Below the pieces are notes generated by a model that made no database searches, had not been told where the DNA came from, and saw only the letters and a program-made list of their open reading frames with translations. 64,000 nt of DNA. Origin: a virus (Duplodnaviria; Caudoviricetes). Made by a program: the position numbers and the translations under genes. Below, piece by piece: positions 50,104-60,333 of this stretch. The stretch spans positions 1 through 64,000 of the IMG/VR virus record IMGVR_UViG_3300022555_000003. One strand, written 5' to 3'. Numbering within the stretch: the stretch's first letter is position 1; every line of letters begins with the position of its first letter.

Positions 50104-50159
50104 TTGACATTTCTTTAACCAAACTGCTATACTTAAAGAGTAGCAAATAAACAGGAGAT
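50104..50159 (+). promoter_or_regulatory. 56-bp early promoter/RBS cassette, identical to 51717..51772
   Basis: TTGACA-18-TATACT, tgcta/tagca palindrome over -10, RBS caggag. Confidence 0.9.
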
Positions 50160-50163
50160 ACAA

Positions 50164-50325
50164 ATGAAAAGTATTTACCACACTTGCATTGTTAGATTCC
50201 ACGGCGATTTTGTTGTTAGCGGTCCGCGGAAGAATTCAGAACGAAAAGCCGCCATCAAGCGGACTGCAAAACGGATTGCCCGTAAAATGGACTGGAAAAT
50301 CGCTTTAGAAGATGTTGACATTTAA
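50164..50325 (+). CDS. Small basic early protein (53 aa, below ORF-track cutoff)
   Basis: MKSIYHTCIVRFHG...; directly after cassette RBS. Confidence 0.6.
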   Translation: MKSIYHTCIVRFHGDFVVSGPRKNSERKAAIKRTAKRIARKMDWKIALEDVDI

Positions 50326-50344
50326 TTGCTCAAACTGCTATACT
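50315..50344 (+). promoter_or_regulatory. Sigma70-type early promoter
   Basis: TTGACA-18-TATACT. Confidence 0.8.
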
Positions 50345-50797
50345 TATTATATGATAGAGATAGGCACGTACAAAACACGAAATGGTTTAACCGCAGTTGT
50401 TGAATCTGTTAGCTACGAAAGTTATGCAGATGGCTATATCATGTTGAAAACAAAGAACGTTTACCGGCATTGGAACATTGATACCGGTTTCAAAGTTTGT
50501 TTTTCAAAACACGGTAAAAATCCGCAAGATTTAGTTGAAAAAATATGAAAGATTTCTTAGGAATTGAGCTGCAAGTTGGTGATTATGTTGTGGTTATGCA
50601 GCAAGGGTACAGAGAATTTTCTGTATACAGAATCTTGCGATTTACTTCAAAATGTGTTCGTTTGAAAAGTTCCCATAGGGAACTATTGCAGTATTCTTCG
50701 CAAGTTATAAAAATTGACGAAATGCAAGCTGGCTACTTAATTTTAAGTGGTAAAATCAAGCCTATAACCATATGAAAACAAAGGGATGAATTTTCGT

Positions 50798-50940
50798 AAA
50801 ACGTCGTATAACGCATTATATGACTCAACCTGGGGTCACTATACAATACTTGTAACAAGACACCCTTAAACGGCGTTTCATTTTGGTTGACATTTAATTG
50901 CTCAAACTGCTATACTTAAAGAGTAGCAGAAACAGGAGAT
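50798..50940 (+). promoter_or_regulatory. Hairpin element plus sigma70 promoter, copy 2
   Basis: aaaacgtcgtataacgcat...aaacggcgttt; TTGACA-18-TATACT; caggag. Confidence 0.8.
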
Positions 50941-50947
50941 AACAAAA

Positions 50948-51214
50948 TTGGTAAAAACAAACGACTTTGAAACAGATGTACGCGCTGGATATTACCGGAA
51001 AGAGCGGAACGAAGCTTATAATCCCAAGACTAATCGGTATGACAAGGGCGTAGGCTTGACATTTGATGCAGATTTTAAGGCTTTTTTACTTGACAGCGGC
51101 GTTCCAGAGCAGTACGTTGTGAAGGTAGCTTCCTACGCATGGCAGCAAGGGCATGCCAGTGGCGAGGAAGAAGTACTAAATTCTGCCTACGACTTGATTG
51201 AGATCTTCAACTAA
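50948..51214 (+). CDS. Early hypothetical protein
   Basis: RBS caggag; AWQQGHASGEEEV. Confidence 0.6.
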   Translation: MVKTNDFETDVRAGYYRKERNEAYNPKTNRYDKGVGLTFDADFKAFLLDSGVPEQYVVKVASYAWQQGHASGEEEVLNSAYDLIEIFN

Positions 51215-51225
51215 ACAAAGGACTT

Positions 51226-51720
51226 ATGCCACGTATTATTACAGTTGATTTTTGTGTAAACTGCCCGTATTGCGAACCACAATGGGGAGGCAGTTTAGAT
51301 ATTGTAGACGAATATTGCACCAAGGAAAGGAGATATATCACACAAGCTGACAGATTTCTCCTCTTCCCACAGTGGTGCAAACTCGTTGAAAACAAAGAAC
51401 CAAGCGTACCACAAAACGTCGCATAACGTGTTCCTTGTCTTGAGTTGGGTCTAATGTACTCAACACACTCTTAAAATTGCTTAAACGACGTTTGACATTT
51501 AACCAATCAAACTGCTATACTTAAGGATAAAATGAAAAATATCAATGATTGTACGGAGTGCCCGCATAATGTAGTTAATCAAGAGGTTAATTATTCTGAA
51601 TCTTGTACAAAGGAAAGGAGATATATCACTCTAAATGATGTAATGTGTGGTCCTTTTCCATTGTGGTGTCCGCTTGAACGGGTTGAAAATACCGATTTTA
51701 TTCAATCCAGAATTGCTTGA
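51226..51720 (+). CDS. Two paralogous Cys-rich small ORFs (51226..51426, 51532..51720)
   Basis: C..CP...CTKERRYIT..D....FP.WC.L shared. Confidence 0.65.
51411..51521 (+). promoter_or_regulatory. Hairpin element plus sigma70 promoter, copy 3
   Basis: acaaaacgtcgcataacg...aaacgacgtttgaca; right arm overlaps -35. Confidence 0.8.
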
Positions 51721-51772
51721 CATTTCTTTAACCAAACTGCTATACTTAAAGAGTAGCAAATAAACAGGAGAT
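51717..51772 (+). promoter_or_regulatory. 56-bp early promoter/RBS cassette, copy 2
   Basis: Identical to 50104..50159. Confidence 0.9.
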
Positions 51773-51787
51773 TAAAACACACACAAC

Positions 51788-52807
51788 ATGGCAATTGAAA
51801 TTTTGATTAAAGATGGCAGTTACAGAAACGAACAGATCAAAAACGAAAAGTTCACGCTAGTGAAAGGTTTTAACCAGGGACTAAAGGGCGGCTACGTAAC
51901 AGTTAAGAACGGCGAGAGATTTCCAGGCTTTCCAGAATACATCAAAATTAAAGTTGACAGTATTAAGAGCTATTCGTTGTGCAACCTAGCTGACGAAGAC
52001 ACTGTTGAAAACGACGAAATTGCAGAGCCTGAAGTTATTGAAACTGATGAGCAAGTGATGAGCAATATTGATGAGCGCTTTGACATGCTGAGCGAGCTTG
52101 CTGATGCGGCCTTCAACGGCGACATTACGGCGCTGATTGTGCAAGGACCTCCCGGCGTTGGCAAGAGCTACGGTGTTACCACCCAGCTTGAAAAGAATTC
52201 ACTGTTTGATGAAATTGCAGGTCGCCCTGTTAAGTTTGAAATTGTTAAAGGCGCCGCCACTCCGCTTGGCTTGTATGCTAAACTTTACAAACATTCAGAC
52301 GTAGGTCACGTGATTGTATTTGACGATATTGATTGCTTGTTTTATGATGACCTGAGCTTGAACTTGTTGAAAGCGGCACTTGATTCTTCCAAGAAGCGGC
52401 GCATTTGCTGGAATTCCGATAGCTCCTTGCTGCGGCGGGAAGGCATTCCGGATAGCTTCGACTTCAAGGGAACGGTAATTTTCATCACGAATTTGAACTT
52501 CAACAATATCAAAAGCAAGACACTGCAAGGACATTTGGCGGCACTGCAATCCCGCTGCCACTTTATCGACCTTGGTATTGAAGGTACGCGCGGCATGCTT
52601 CTGCGGATTCAGCAGATTGTGAACAAGGGTATGCTGGATAGCTACAATTTTACAGACGAAGGCAAGCAGGAAGTTGTTGAGTTCATCAAAGAAAAAGCCA
52701 ACTGCATTCGCGAAATTAGTTTGCGCATGGTAATCAAAATTGCTGATTTGAAGAAATTAAATTCAGTTAGCTGGAAGCGTATGGCGCAGGTGACCTGCTG
52801 CAAATAG
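51788..52807 (+). CDS. AAA+ ATPase
   Basis: GPPGVGKS Walker A; VIVFDDID Walker B; IFITN; SRC arginine finger. Confidence 0.88.
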   Translation: MAIEILIKDGSYRNEQIKNEKFTLVKGFNQGLKGGYVTVKNGERFPGFPEYIKIKVDSIKSYSLCNLADEDTVENDEIAEPEVIETDEQVMSNIDERFDMLSELADAAFNGDITALIVQGPPGVGKSYGVTTQLEKNSLFDEIAGRPVKFEIVKGAATPLGLYAKLYKHSDVGHVIVFDDIDCLFYDDLSLNLLKAALDSSKKRRICWNSDSSLLRREGIPDSFDFKGTVIFITNLNFNNIKSKTLQGHLAALQSRCHFIDLGIEGTRGMLLRIQQIVNKGMLDSYNFTDEGKQEVVEFIKEKANCIREISLRMVIKIADLKKLNSVSWKRMAQVTCCK

Positions 52808-53252
52808 GCAGCAGGTTATACAGGTAAACTATATGACAAGAAAAGAAATTCAAAAAGTTATCATTGACAATCCAAGCAAGCAATTATATATTCGACATAG
52901 TAGTGGAATAATTGATTTCCATGAAAGAGTTAGTAAGACCCGTGTGCTGGAGAATTCAAAATATATTTTTTTCGCGTTAGCACGTATGGAGAGGAACGAC
53001 CAGATTTGGTTCGTTTTTCACATACACCTGACACAAGAGAATTAGTTGGTTGGGACAACGAGATCGTTACATTTTTTGCAGGAGATAAATGAACAGAGTT
53101 ACTATTTTCTTCTTTTTACTGAGCTTTGCTATACAAAATATATTTTTGATTTATTATGGCGTTAAGTACAATTTTGGAATAATGAAAGTTCTTTTTTATA
53201 GCAATGTATTTTTACTTGGCTCTTTAATTGGAACTATAATTTCATACAATGT

Positions 53253-54707
53253 ATGATACGAATTAAACTCAATTTTTTACCTCTTTTTGATGTCGACAGT
53301 GAATTTGTTTTTAATGATTTTTTAATCTGGATGAATGAAAATATTGGAATACGTGGCAAAGATTGGGAATGGTTATCAGCTGATGTGTGTGATATTTCGG
53401 TATGTGTAAAAGATCCTGAGTTTGCTACATTAATTGCATTGCGTTGGAAATAAAATGATACAAGTTAAAATTAATAATGGCAATCTGCAATTCCCGCGTT
53501 GGTTGATAGAAAATATTGGTGAATTCGATATTGATTGGAAATGGTCAGATCCCTATTCAGGGTCTTATTCTGTTGATGTTAAAGATCCAGAAAAAGCTGT
53601 ATTTGTTGCATTAAATTGGACTTAAAATGACACCTGTTATGATTCCAGATAGTCCATCAATCTTTTACAGTTCTTCTAAAATGATTGATTGGATGCATGA
53701 TAATGTTGGAGCATTTAATGTAGATTGGAAATGGGTTTCAACTGAACAACTTAGTAGATCAGTTTTAGTAAAAGATCCACAAAAAGCTGTATTGGTTGCA
53801 TTGCGTTGGGGTGCAAAATGACACCTATTAAAATTCCTAATCTATTAGAAAGATATCCTGACAATTCTAAATTTATTGCTTGGATGCAAGACAATGTTGG
53901 AGCATTTAATGTAGATTGGAAATGGCTAACAATGGAATCTTTTAGCATCTCAGTTAAAGTGAAAAATCCACAAAAAGCATTATTGGTTGCATTGCGTTGG
54001 GGTGCAAAATGATAGATACAATCAGTCAAAATGGAATACTTGTTCCGAATGGTCCTATTGGGCCAAGTGGAGTGACAGATCCAAACTATCAAAATGGAAT
54101 ACTTGTTCCGAATGGTCCAACTGGGCCCAATGGCGTAGTGTGTCCTTTTGCTGTAAATATTTCAGATCTACCAGAGTTTACTAGAAATGAATTTTTTATT
54201 GAATGGATGAGGGAAAATATTGGAGAATACAAGAAAGAATGGGATTGGACAAATATAAATAATCCATACAGTATTTCAATTAGAGTAAAAGATCCACAAA
54301 AAGCAATATTAGCTGCATTACGATGGGGATCAAAATGACAAAGATAAAAATTCCTAATGTATCTAATTCTGATAGTATAGATGTGATTATTAAATGGATG
54401 AATGAAAATATTGGCATATGTAATTTAGATTGGTACTGGGCTAATATGAGATCATTTGATGCATCAGTTCTAATTAGGGATAAAAATAAAGCAGTGTTTG
54501 CGATGTTACGATGGGATCAAAATGATTGTATGTATTCAATTTTCAGAACAGTTCGAAGCAGATATTTTTTTACGGTGGATGGACGAGAATGTTGGAAGAT
54601 TTAATGAAGACTGGTATTCAATGACTGTTATAGGTAGTAATATTTCAATCAAAGTAACAGACCCACAAAAAGCCACATTAGTTGCATTGCGTTGGGGTTT
54701 GAAGTGA
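53253..54707 (+). CDS. Second tandem array of small ALRW-family ORFs (53253..53453, 53455..53625, 53627..53821, 53818..54012, 54009..54338, 54335..54604, 54522..54707)
   Basis: Shared W(M/L).EN(I/V)G....W.W...V.DP.KA.L.ALRW; ATGA coupling. Confidence 0.8.
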
Positions 54708-54817
54708 TTAAGAAAGATTCTGAATTAGACGAAGGTAATGATACTCTAAGTGATAAAGAGCTTGCTTTCTGGATCATAGTAAACTTAATATTATTTCTTG
54801 TCATTAGGAATTTCTAG

Positions 54818-55891
54818 ATGAATACAAGTATTGAAGATACGGTAAATTTTCTATTATCTATGCGAATCACCACAACGTGGCATTGTGGTGACCCGCCACG
54901 ATTAAGTATTAAGGATAGAACAACATTAGAAAATATACGGTATAAAAGTGCTATTGGACTAACCACTAAACAACGAAATTATATATTGTTGATTATAAGT
55001 AAGTATTTACTACTTTTAAAAACTTTAGGATGGCCGGTTGATGATCTAATGGATCCAAATTGGACAACACCATTATTACCAGATATTGTAAGGACTAAAT
55101 ATCATATTGACTTTTCAAATGTCACCGATGAATTTATCATTTACATTCCGTATGATCAACAATTAGTGAAATATTTAAATTCGATTACTAATAGTAAAAA
55201 CTTTTTTGATTTGTTGATATTTGACAAACCTGCTAAAGTGTGGCGAGTGATGAATGGAGAGCAAGGCAAAAAGTTAATAAAATGGTTATTAAGAAATTAT
55301 AGAAGTTTTAGTTGTGACGAAGAAGTTACTGAGCAAATAAACAATATTGAAGTATTAACACCAACAGTTAAATTTTTAAATAATCAATGGATTCTAGATA
55401 ATGCAGCTCCATCATTACAAACAGTATTTGATGAAATTGTAACAAAAGAGTTAACGCCAGTTCAACAAGCATATGAAATAAGTTCGTGTTATGTTTCGTT
55501 TCATTTTTCTGCAAAGAACTATTTAAAAAATTGGCTAACCACGAATCAAGTTAACATATTATGTGAAGAAGATGTTATAATTAAATGTAGTGAAGTACAA
55601 GAACTCATTGACTTAACTCTCTTGATAAATAAGTGGCCTATATTGGTAATATATAATAAATTTGATAATGAATTAACGACAGCATTAGACACTGTAAATT
55701 GGCCAAAATATGAACTTGGTACTGTTATGAAGAAAAAAGATTGTGAAGAACCTTGCTTATTATTAGATAAGTGTAATAAACCTATTAAAGGTTCTGTCAA
55801 AGTTCCTTGGGTAGTAAGATACAAATCATCTGTTATTTTACAAAGTATTTTCAGCCGATATAATAAATTAGTTGTAGTGGAGAAAGATTAA
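54818..55891 (+). CDS. Hypothetical protein upstream of helicase
   Basis: 357 aa; coupled to uvsW (TAATG). Confidence 0.55.
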   Translation: MNTSIEDTVNFLLSMRITTTWHCGDPPRLSIKDRTTLENIRYKSAIGLTTKQRNYILLIISKYLLLLKTLGWPVDDLMDPNWTTPLLPDIVRTKYHIDFSNVTDEFIIYIPYDQQLVKYLNSITNSKNFFDLLIFDKPAKVWRVMNGEQGKKLIKWLLRNYRSFSCDEEVTEQINNIEVLTPTVKFLNNQWILDNAAPSLQTVFDEIVTKELTPVQQAYEISSCYVSFHFSAKNYLKNWLTTNQVNILCEEDVIIKCSEVQELIDLTLLINKWPILVIYNKFDNELTTALDTVNWPKYELGTVMKKKDCEEPCLLLDKCNKPIKGSVKVPWVVRYKSSVILQSIFSRYNKLVVVEKD

Positions 55892-57366
55892 TGCAAAAAT
55901 GTACGCTAACAATTCATGATGAAGTCAACTGTACATTTAGTGGTCTAGACTTGAAGTTACGAAATCAATTGGTTAAAGATTTCAAGCGGATGATTCCTGG
56001 CATGCAATATATTCCGTCAGTTAGATTAGGTCGTTGGGATGGTAAGAAGTTATTTTTTTCACTTGCTGGAAGTACTTTTATAAATCTGTTGGATGAAATT
56101 TTACCAATACTTGATAGGTATGAATATACTGTTGATGTCATTGACAATAGAATTAACAAACAACAGTTTGAATTTGAACTAGTTGATGAAAACAAGTATG
56201 CTCATTTAAATTGGCCAGTTGGTCATGAGAATGCAGGCCAACCAATTAAATTGAGAGATTATCAAGTTGATATGGTTAATACTTTTCTAAATAATCCACA
56301 ATCAATTTATTGTGCAGGAACTGGATCAGGTAAAACTTTGGCCACAGTGGCTATGTCACATAGTGTAGAAAAATATGGGCGAACAATTGTAATTGTTCCT
56401 AATAAAAGTTTGGTAACTCAAACTGAACGTGATTATAAATTATGCAAGCTTGATGTAGGGGTTTGGTTTGGAGATAGAAAAGAGTTTGGTCATACTCATA
56501 CAATTTGTACTTGGCAATCTTTAAACGTATTATTGAAGAAGAAGAAAAATCGACCAGTAGAAGAAGAATTGTTAGAAGGTATTTCAATTGATGACATGCT
56601 TAAAGATGTTGTTGCAGTAATTGGAGATGAGTGCCATTTATCGAAAGCTAATGTGCAAATTGAGTTATTTACTGGAGTTTTCGCTAATGTACCTATTAGA
56701 TGGGGATTAACTGGAACAATTCCAAAAGATGATCACGATTGGTGGTGTTTATTGTGTAGCATTGGTCCGTTGGTAGGAACTATTGCTGCATCAGAACTAC
56801 AAGAACAAGGTGTATTAAGTAATTGTCATGTTCATATTAAGCAATTAGTTGACTATGGTGATTATCAAAATTATCAAAATGAATTAAAATATCTAGTTGG
56901 AGATACTGATAGATTAACTTACATCTCGGGTTTAATTGAACAAATTTCAAAAACCGGAAATACATTAGTTTTAGTTGATCGAATTGAAACTGGAGAATTA
57001 TTAGAATCGCTAATTCCTAATTCTGTATTTTTAAGTGGGCGAGATAAAGTTTCAAAACGTAAAGTAGAATATGATTCAATTGAAGTAATAGATAATAAAA
57101 CATTGATAGCAACTTACCAAATAGCAGCAGTTGGTATTTCTATTGTTAGGCTTAATAACTTGGTTTTATTAGAAGCTGGAAAAAGTTTCACTAAAACTAT
57201 TCAAAGTATTGGAAGAGGTTTGCGAAAAGGTTTCGATAAAGACTTTGTGAATATTTATGATGTATCATCAACTTGTAAGTATTCAAAACGGCATTTAACT
57301 AAACGAAAAACATATTACAAGGAAGCAGAATATCCGTTCACTGTAGATAAAGTTACTTGGAAGTGA
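55891..57366 (+). CDS. uvsW: SF2 DNA helicase (UvsW-like)
   Basis: LRDYQ Q motif; GTGSGKT; GDECH; GLTGT; QSIGRGLR. Confidence 0.92.
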   Translation: MQKCTLTIHDEVNCTFSGLDLKLRNQLVKDFKRMIPGMQYIPSVRLGRWDGKKLFFSLAGSTFINLLDEILPILDRYEYTVDVIDNRINKQQFEFELVDENKYAHLNWPVGHENAGQPIKLRDYQVDMVNTFLNNPQSIYCAGTGSGKTLATVAMSHSVEKYGRTIVIVPNKSLVTQTERDYKLCKLDVGVWFGDRKEFGHTHTICTWQSLNVLLKKKKNRPVEEELLEGISIDDMLKDVVAVIGDECHLSKANVQIELFTGVFANVPIRWGLTGTIPKDDHDWWCLLCSIGPLVGTIAASELQEQGVLSNCHVHIKQLVDYGDYQNYQNELKYLVGDTDRLTYISGLIEQISKTGNTLVLVDRIETGELLESLIPNSVFLSGRDKVSKRKVEYDSIEVIDNKTLIATYQIAAVGISIVRLNNLVLLEAGKSFTKTIQSIGRGLRKGFDKDFVNIYDVSSTCKYSKRHLTKRKTYYKEAEYPFTVDKVTWK

Positions 57367-57369
57367 AAT

Positions 57370-57597
57370 ATGAAATATAATACAAGATCAGAAATAGGCG
57401 ACAATAAGTATTATGAAAACTGGCACAAATATTTTGCATGGTATCCGTGTTACTGTGAATTAGACAACTACACTGGAAAAACAGTGTGGTTAGAATATGT
57501 GTACAGGAGAAAAGTGAGAGTCGCAAGATATAATGGATTCGCAGCCACATGGAAATATGAATGCGAATATAAAGAGTTTGATTTAACAAAGGAATAG
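57370..57597 (+). CDS. Small ORF of the W.K.F.W.P / W...VYRR family
   Basis: WHKYFAWYP...VWLEYVYRR...YE. Confidence 0.6.
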   Translation: MKYNTRSEIGDNKYYENWHKYFAWYPCYCELDNYTGKTVWLEYVYRRKVRVARYNGFAATWKYECEYKEFDLTKE

Positions 57598-57615
57598 TGT
57601 TATACTTAATTATAC

Positions 57616-58116
57616 ATGAGAATTCTTACTAACGAAAATAAATCAATTAACATAGATGCCTTACCAGAAGATGTAGATGATTTACGCTTCTGCGTACTTG
57701 ACAATAGTGACCCAAATGAATGTGATTATTTTTTTGTCCCACTAATCTTTTTAGAGAGTTTTATGACACCTGCTTTGGTTCTTAAACTCGGAAAATATAC
57801 AGTGGTAGCTCCACTAGATTGGCAAATTTTGATTGGTGAACCTGATCATGGTGAATTAGAAGTTGTGCCTTTGACTAGCATTAATGATAGGGGTTTCAAA
57901 GCGTTTGCTATAAATCCACTTAGCAGCTACAGGCCAGAATTTTTACCTATTGAGATTGTTGATGTCTTTACTGATTCGAGATGGTTTTTTCCAAAGTTAA
58001 GGAATGGTCAAATTTTGTGTGTGCCGTTAACTGATAAAGATAAATCACAATGTGTTTATTTTGTGAAAGATATTTCAAGAAATAACGAGATTGTTAAGTA
58101 TGCCAAAGCCTGGTAG
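57616..58116 (+). CDS. Conserved-type hypothetical protein in the replication module
   Basis: Upstream TATACT promoter; 166 aa. Confidence 0.55.
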   Translation: MRILTNENKSINIDALPEDVDDLRFCVLDNSDPNECDYFFVPLIFLESFMTPALVLKLGKYTVVAPLDWQILIGEPDHGELEVVPLTSINDRGFKAFAINPLSSYRPEFLPIEIVDVFTDSRWFFPKLRNGQILCVPLTDKDKSQCVYFVKDISRNNEIVKYAKAW

Positions 58117-58925
58117 TATAAATATTATCAAAAGATTAGAACAGATGGAAACCAGACCACTTCAAATTAAATATAATAATTATCAAAAAAAGTTCTTATG
58201 GTTTCCAACAGATATACAATGGCACAATATTCCTGTAATTTCTGGACAAATATTAAACATAGTTTCAAAGCATGTTCCCAAATATAAATGGCTCACAACA
58301 GTTTATAGGAGAGAAATTATATTAATCTACGAAGATGGCAATGTAGCTAAATTTTGGGAATATACAGACAATATTCTTGATATTATAAAGAGAGATTCTA
58401 TAAATTAAATGAGTTCATGTGAATTTAGTCCTCTTCATGGTAAAGTATGTGGAAAGTGGGAAGAAGTATTTTTGTGGTTCCCAACTTGTTTTCCAAATCA
58501 CAAGCAAAGAAAAATAAACATATTCAATCTAAGATTTATATGGCTTAGAAAAGTATTTAGGAGATGGGTTAGATCAGAACATATTGATGGGTTGGCTTTC
58601 TTTAGGTATGAATATGCTGAATCTATATTAGATATCATTGAAAGAGATGCCAACTAATAGAAAATATTTTTGTGGATTTAAAGGTATTGTGACAGAAAGT
58701 AAAGTATTATATGGAAGATGGGAAAATAAATTTTTGTGGATTCCCACTGATATCAACTGGTATGGATTAAACCACAATGCAAAAAGTAAATTTAGATGGC
58801 TTATAACAGTTTATAGAAGATCAATAGAACTTGAATATCCAGAAAGTGGTATCAATTATAAAACTAATGAATACGCAGAAAGCTTATTAGAAATTATTAA
58901 AAGAGATTATGAAAAAACAAGTTAA
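58100..58925 (+). CDS. Three tandem paralogs (58100..58408, 58409..58657, 58647..58925)
   Basis: FLW(F/I)PT...W...V(Y/F)RR...EY..(N/S)(I/L)L(D/E)II.RD shared. Confidence 0.65.
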
Positions 58926-59379
58926 AAAAGTTGAGAATGAAATATCTCTTTCATCACAATTACGTGCCTTAGACGTTAAAGATAGATCATTCAGACTGAA
59001 CTTAACTGATGATCAAAAGAAGAAATTTTCTCCTTATCTAATGATGAGATATTCAGCTTCGTGTGAAGGTCCAGTTGATCTACAAACATATTACTTACTT
59101 GCAACAAATGAAAATGTCAATAAGAATTTCTTCGCTCCAGGAATCAATAAACATGCAGAATTACAATGGTTAATGTGTACAACAGTGAGTCCAGGTATGG
59201 GTGTTAAAAGACATTATTGGTTTAATAGTGGAAAGAAAATTGTCAAAAGTAAGTATGTAAAATTGGTAGCTGAAAAATTACCATCTTGGAAAATGGCCGA
59301 TATAGAACACTTTGTAGCTATTAACACTGAAAAAGATATTGACGAATGGTTACTTGACTTTGGTGATGAAAATGAATAA
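58909..59379 (+). CDS. Probable clamp-loader small subunit (gp62-like)
   Basis: KKFSPYLMMRY.S..., N.N.N..., H..LQW...C, RHYW. Confidence 0.55.
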   Translation: MKKQVKKVENEISLSSQLRALDVKDRSFRLNLTDDQKKKFSPYLMMRYSASCEGPVDLQTYYLLATNENVNKNFFAPGINKHAELQWLMCTTVSPGMGVKRHYWFNSGKKIVKSKYVKLVAEKLPSWKMADIEHFVAINTEKDIDEWLLDFGDENE

Positions 59380-60037
59380 GTGTGATTTTTGTAAAAAAGA
59401 ATTCAAACGTGAATCTACTTTAGGTGCACATACATGTGAAGGACGTAGACGATTCTTAGATAGAAATACTGTTACAACTAAGTTAGCATTATATGCTTTT
59501 CAACAGTTTTATGAAACATATCATACTGGCAAAGAAAAAACCTGGGAAGAATTTGCTGACAGTAACTTTTACATTTCATTTATTAAATTTGCACGATACA
59601 TGATTGAAACAAGATGTGTAAATGTAAATGAGTACATCAAATTTGTTATAAAAAATAAGTACAAATTAGACAATTGGTCCAATGATGCTGTGTATGAAAT
59701 TTTTTTAATTAACTGGACAAGATCAGAACCAATTTGGGATGCTGTGTCTCGAAATATTGAAACATTAACAGAGTGGTCAGAAGAAACAAACAATAATTTG
59801 AATGAATATTTTACAAAAGCATCTGATGCTAAAATAATTAGCGAAATTGTAAAAGCAAAAATAACAGGTTGGATATTATTTGGAAGTGATACAGGTGTTA
59901 ATTGGTTAGATACGTTGTTACCTGAACAGCTTCAATCTATTTATAAGTGGATCGATCCAGAAATTTGGAATAGAAAGATGGATGCTAATCCTGAATTTGA
60001 ATCAGTAAAATCAATGCTCAATGAATTACATTTATGA
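59372..60037 (+). CDS. Hypothetical protein with N-terminal Zn finger
   Basis: CDFCKKEF...HTCE. Confidence 0.55.
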   Translation: MNKCDFCKKEFKRESTLGAHTCEGRRRFLDRNTVTTKLALYAFQQFYETYHTGKEKTWEEFADSNFYISFIKFARYMIETRCVNVNEYIKFVIKNKYKLDNWSNDAVYEIFLINWTRSEPIWDAVSRNIETLTEWSEETNNNLNEYFTKASDAKIISEIVKAKITGWILFGSDTGVNWLDTLLPEQLQSIYKWIDPEIWNRKMDANPEFESVKSMLNELHL

Positions 60038-60333
60038 GTGAAATCAAACAATATAAACTATCTTTTTTTCGAAAAGATCAAATAACAAATATGTGTACAG
60101 CTGATTTTCACGACATGCAAGAATTGGCCCAAACTGATTCAACAATGTTAGATTTATTGCAAAAGGCATATGTGTATTATCTGTTAAAACAAGGTGGCAA
60201 GTAATATGAATCGTATATATAAACTTGTAAGTATATTTACAGACATGTTATTGGTTGTGGGTGTTGTAGCAGGAGTATGTCTCATACTGTCAATTGAATG
60301 TGATTCAATATATGCAGTTCAAGAATTATTAAA

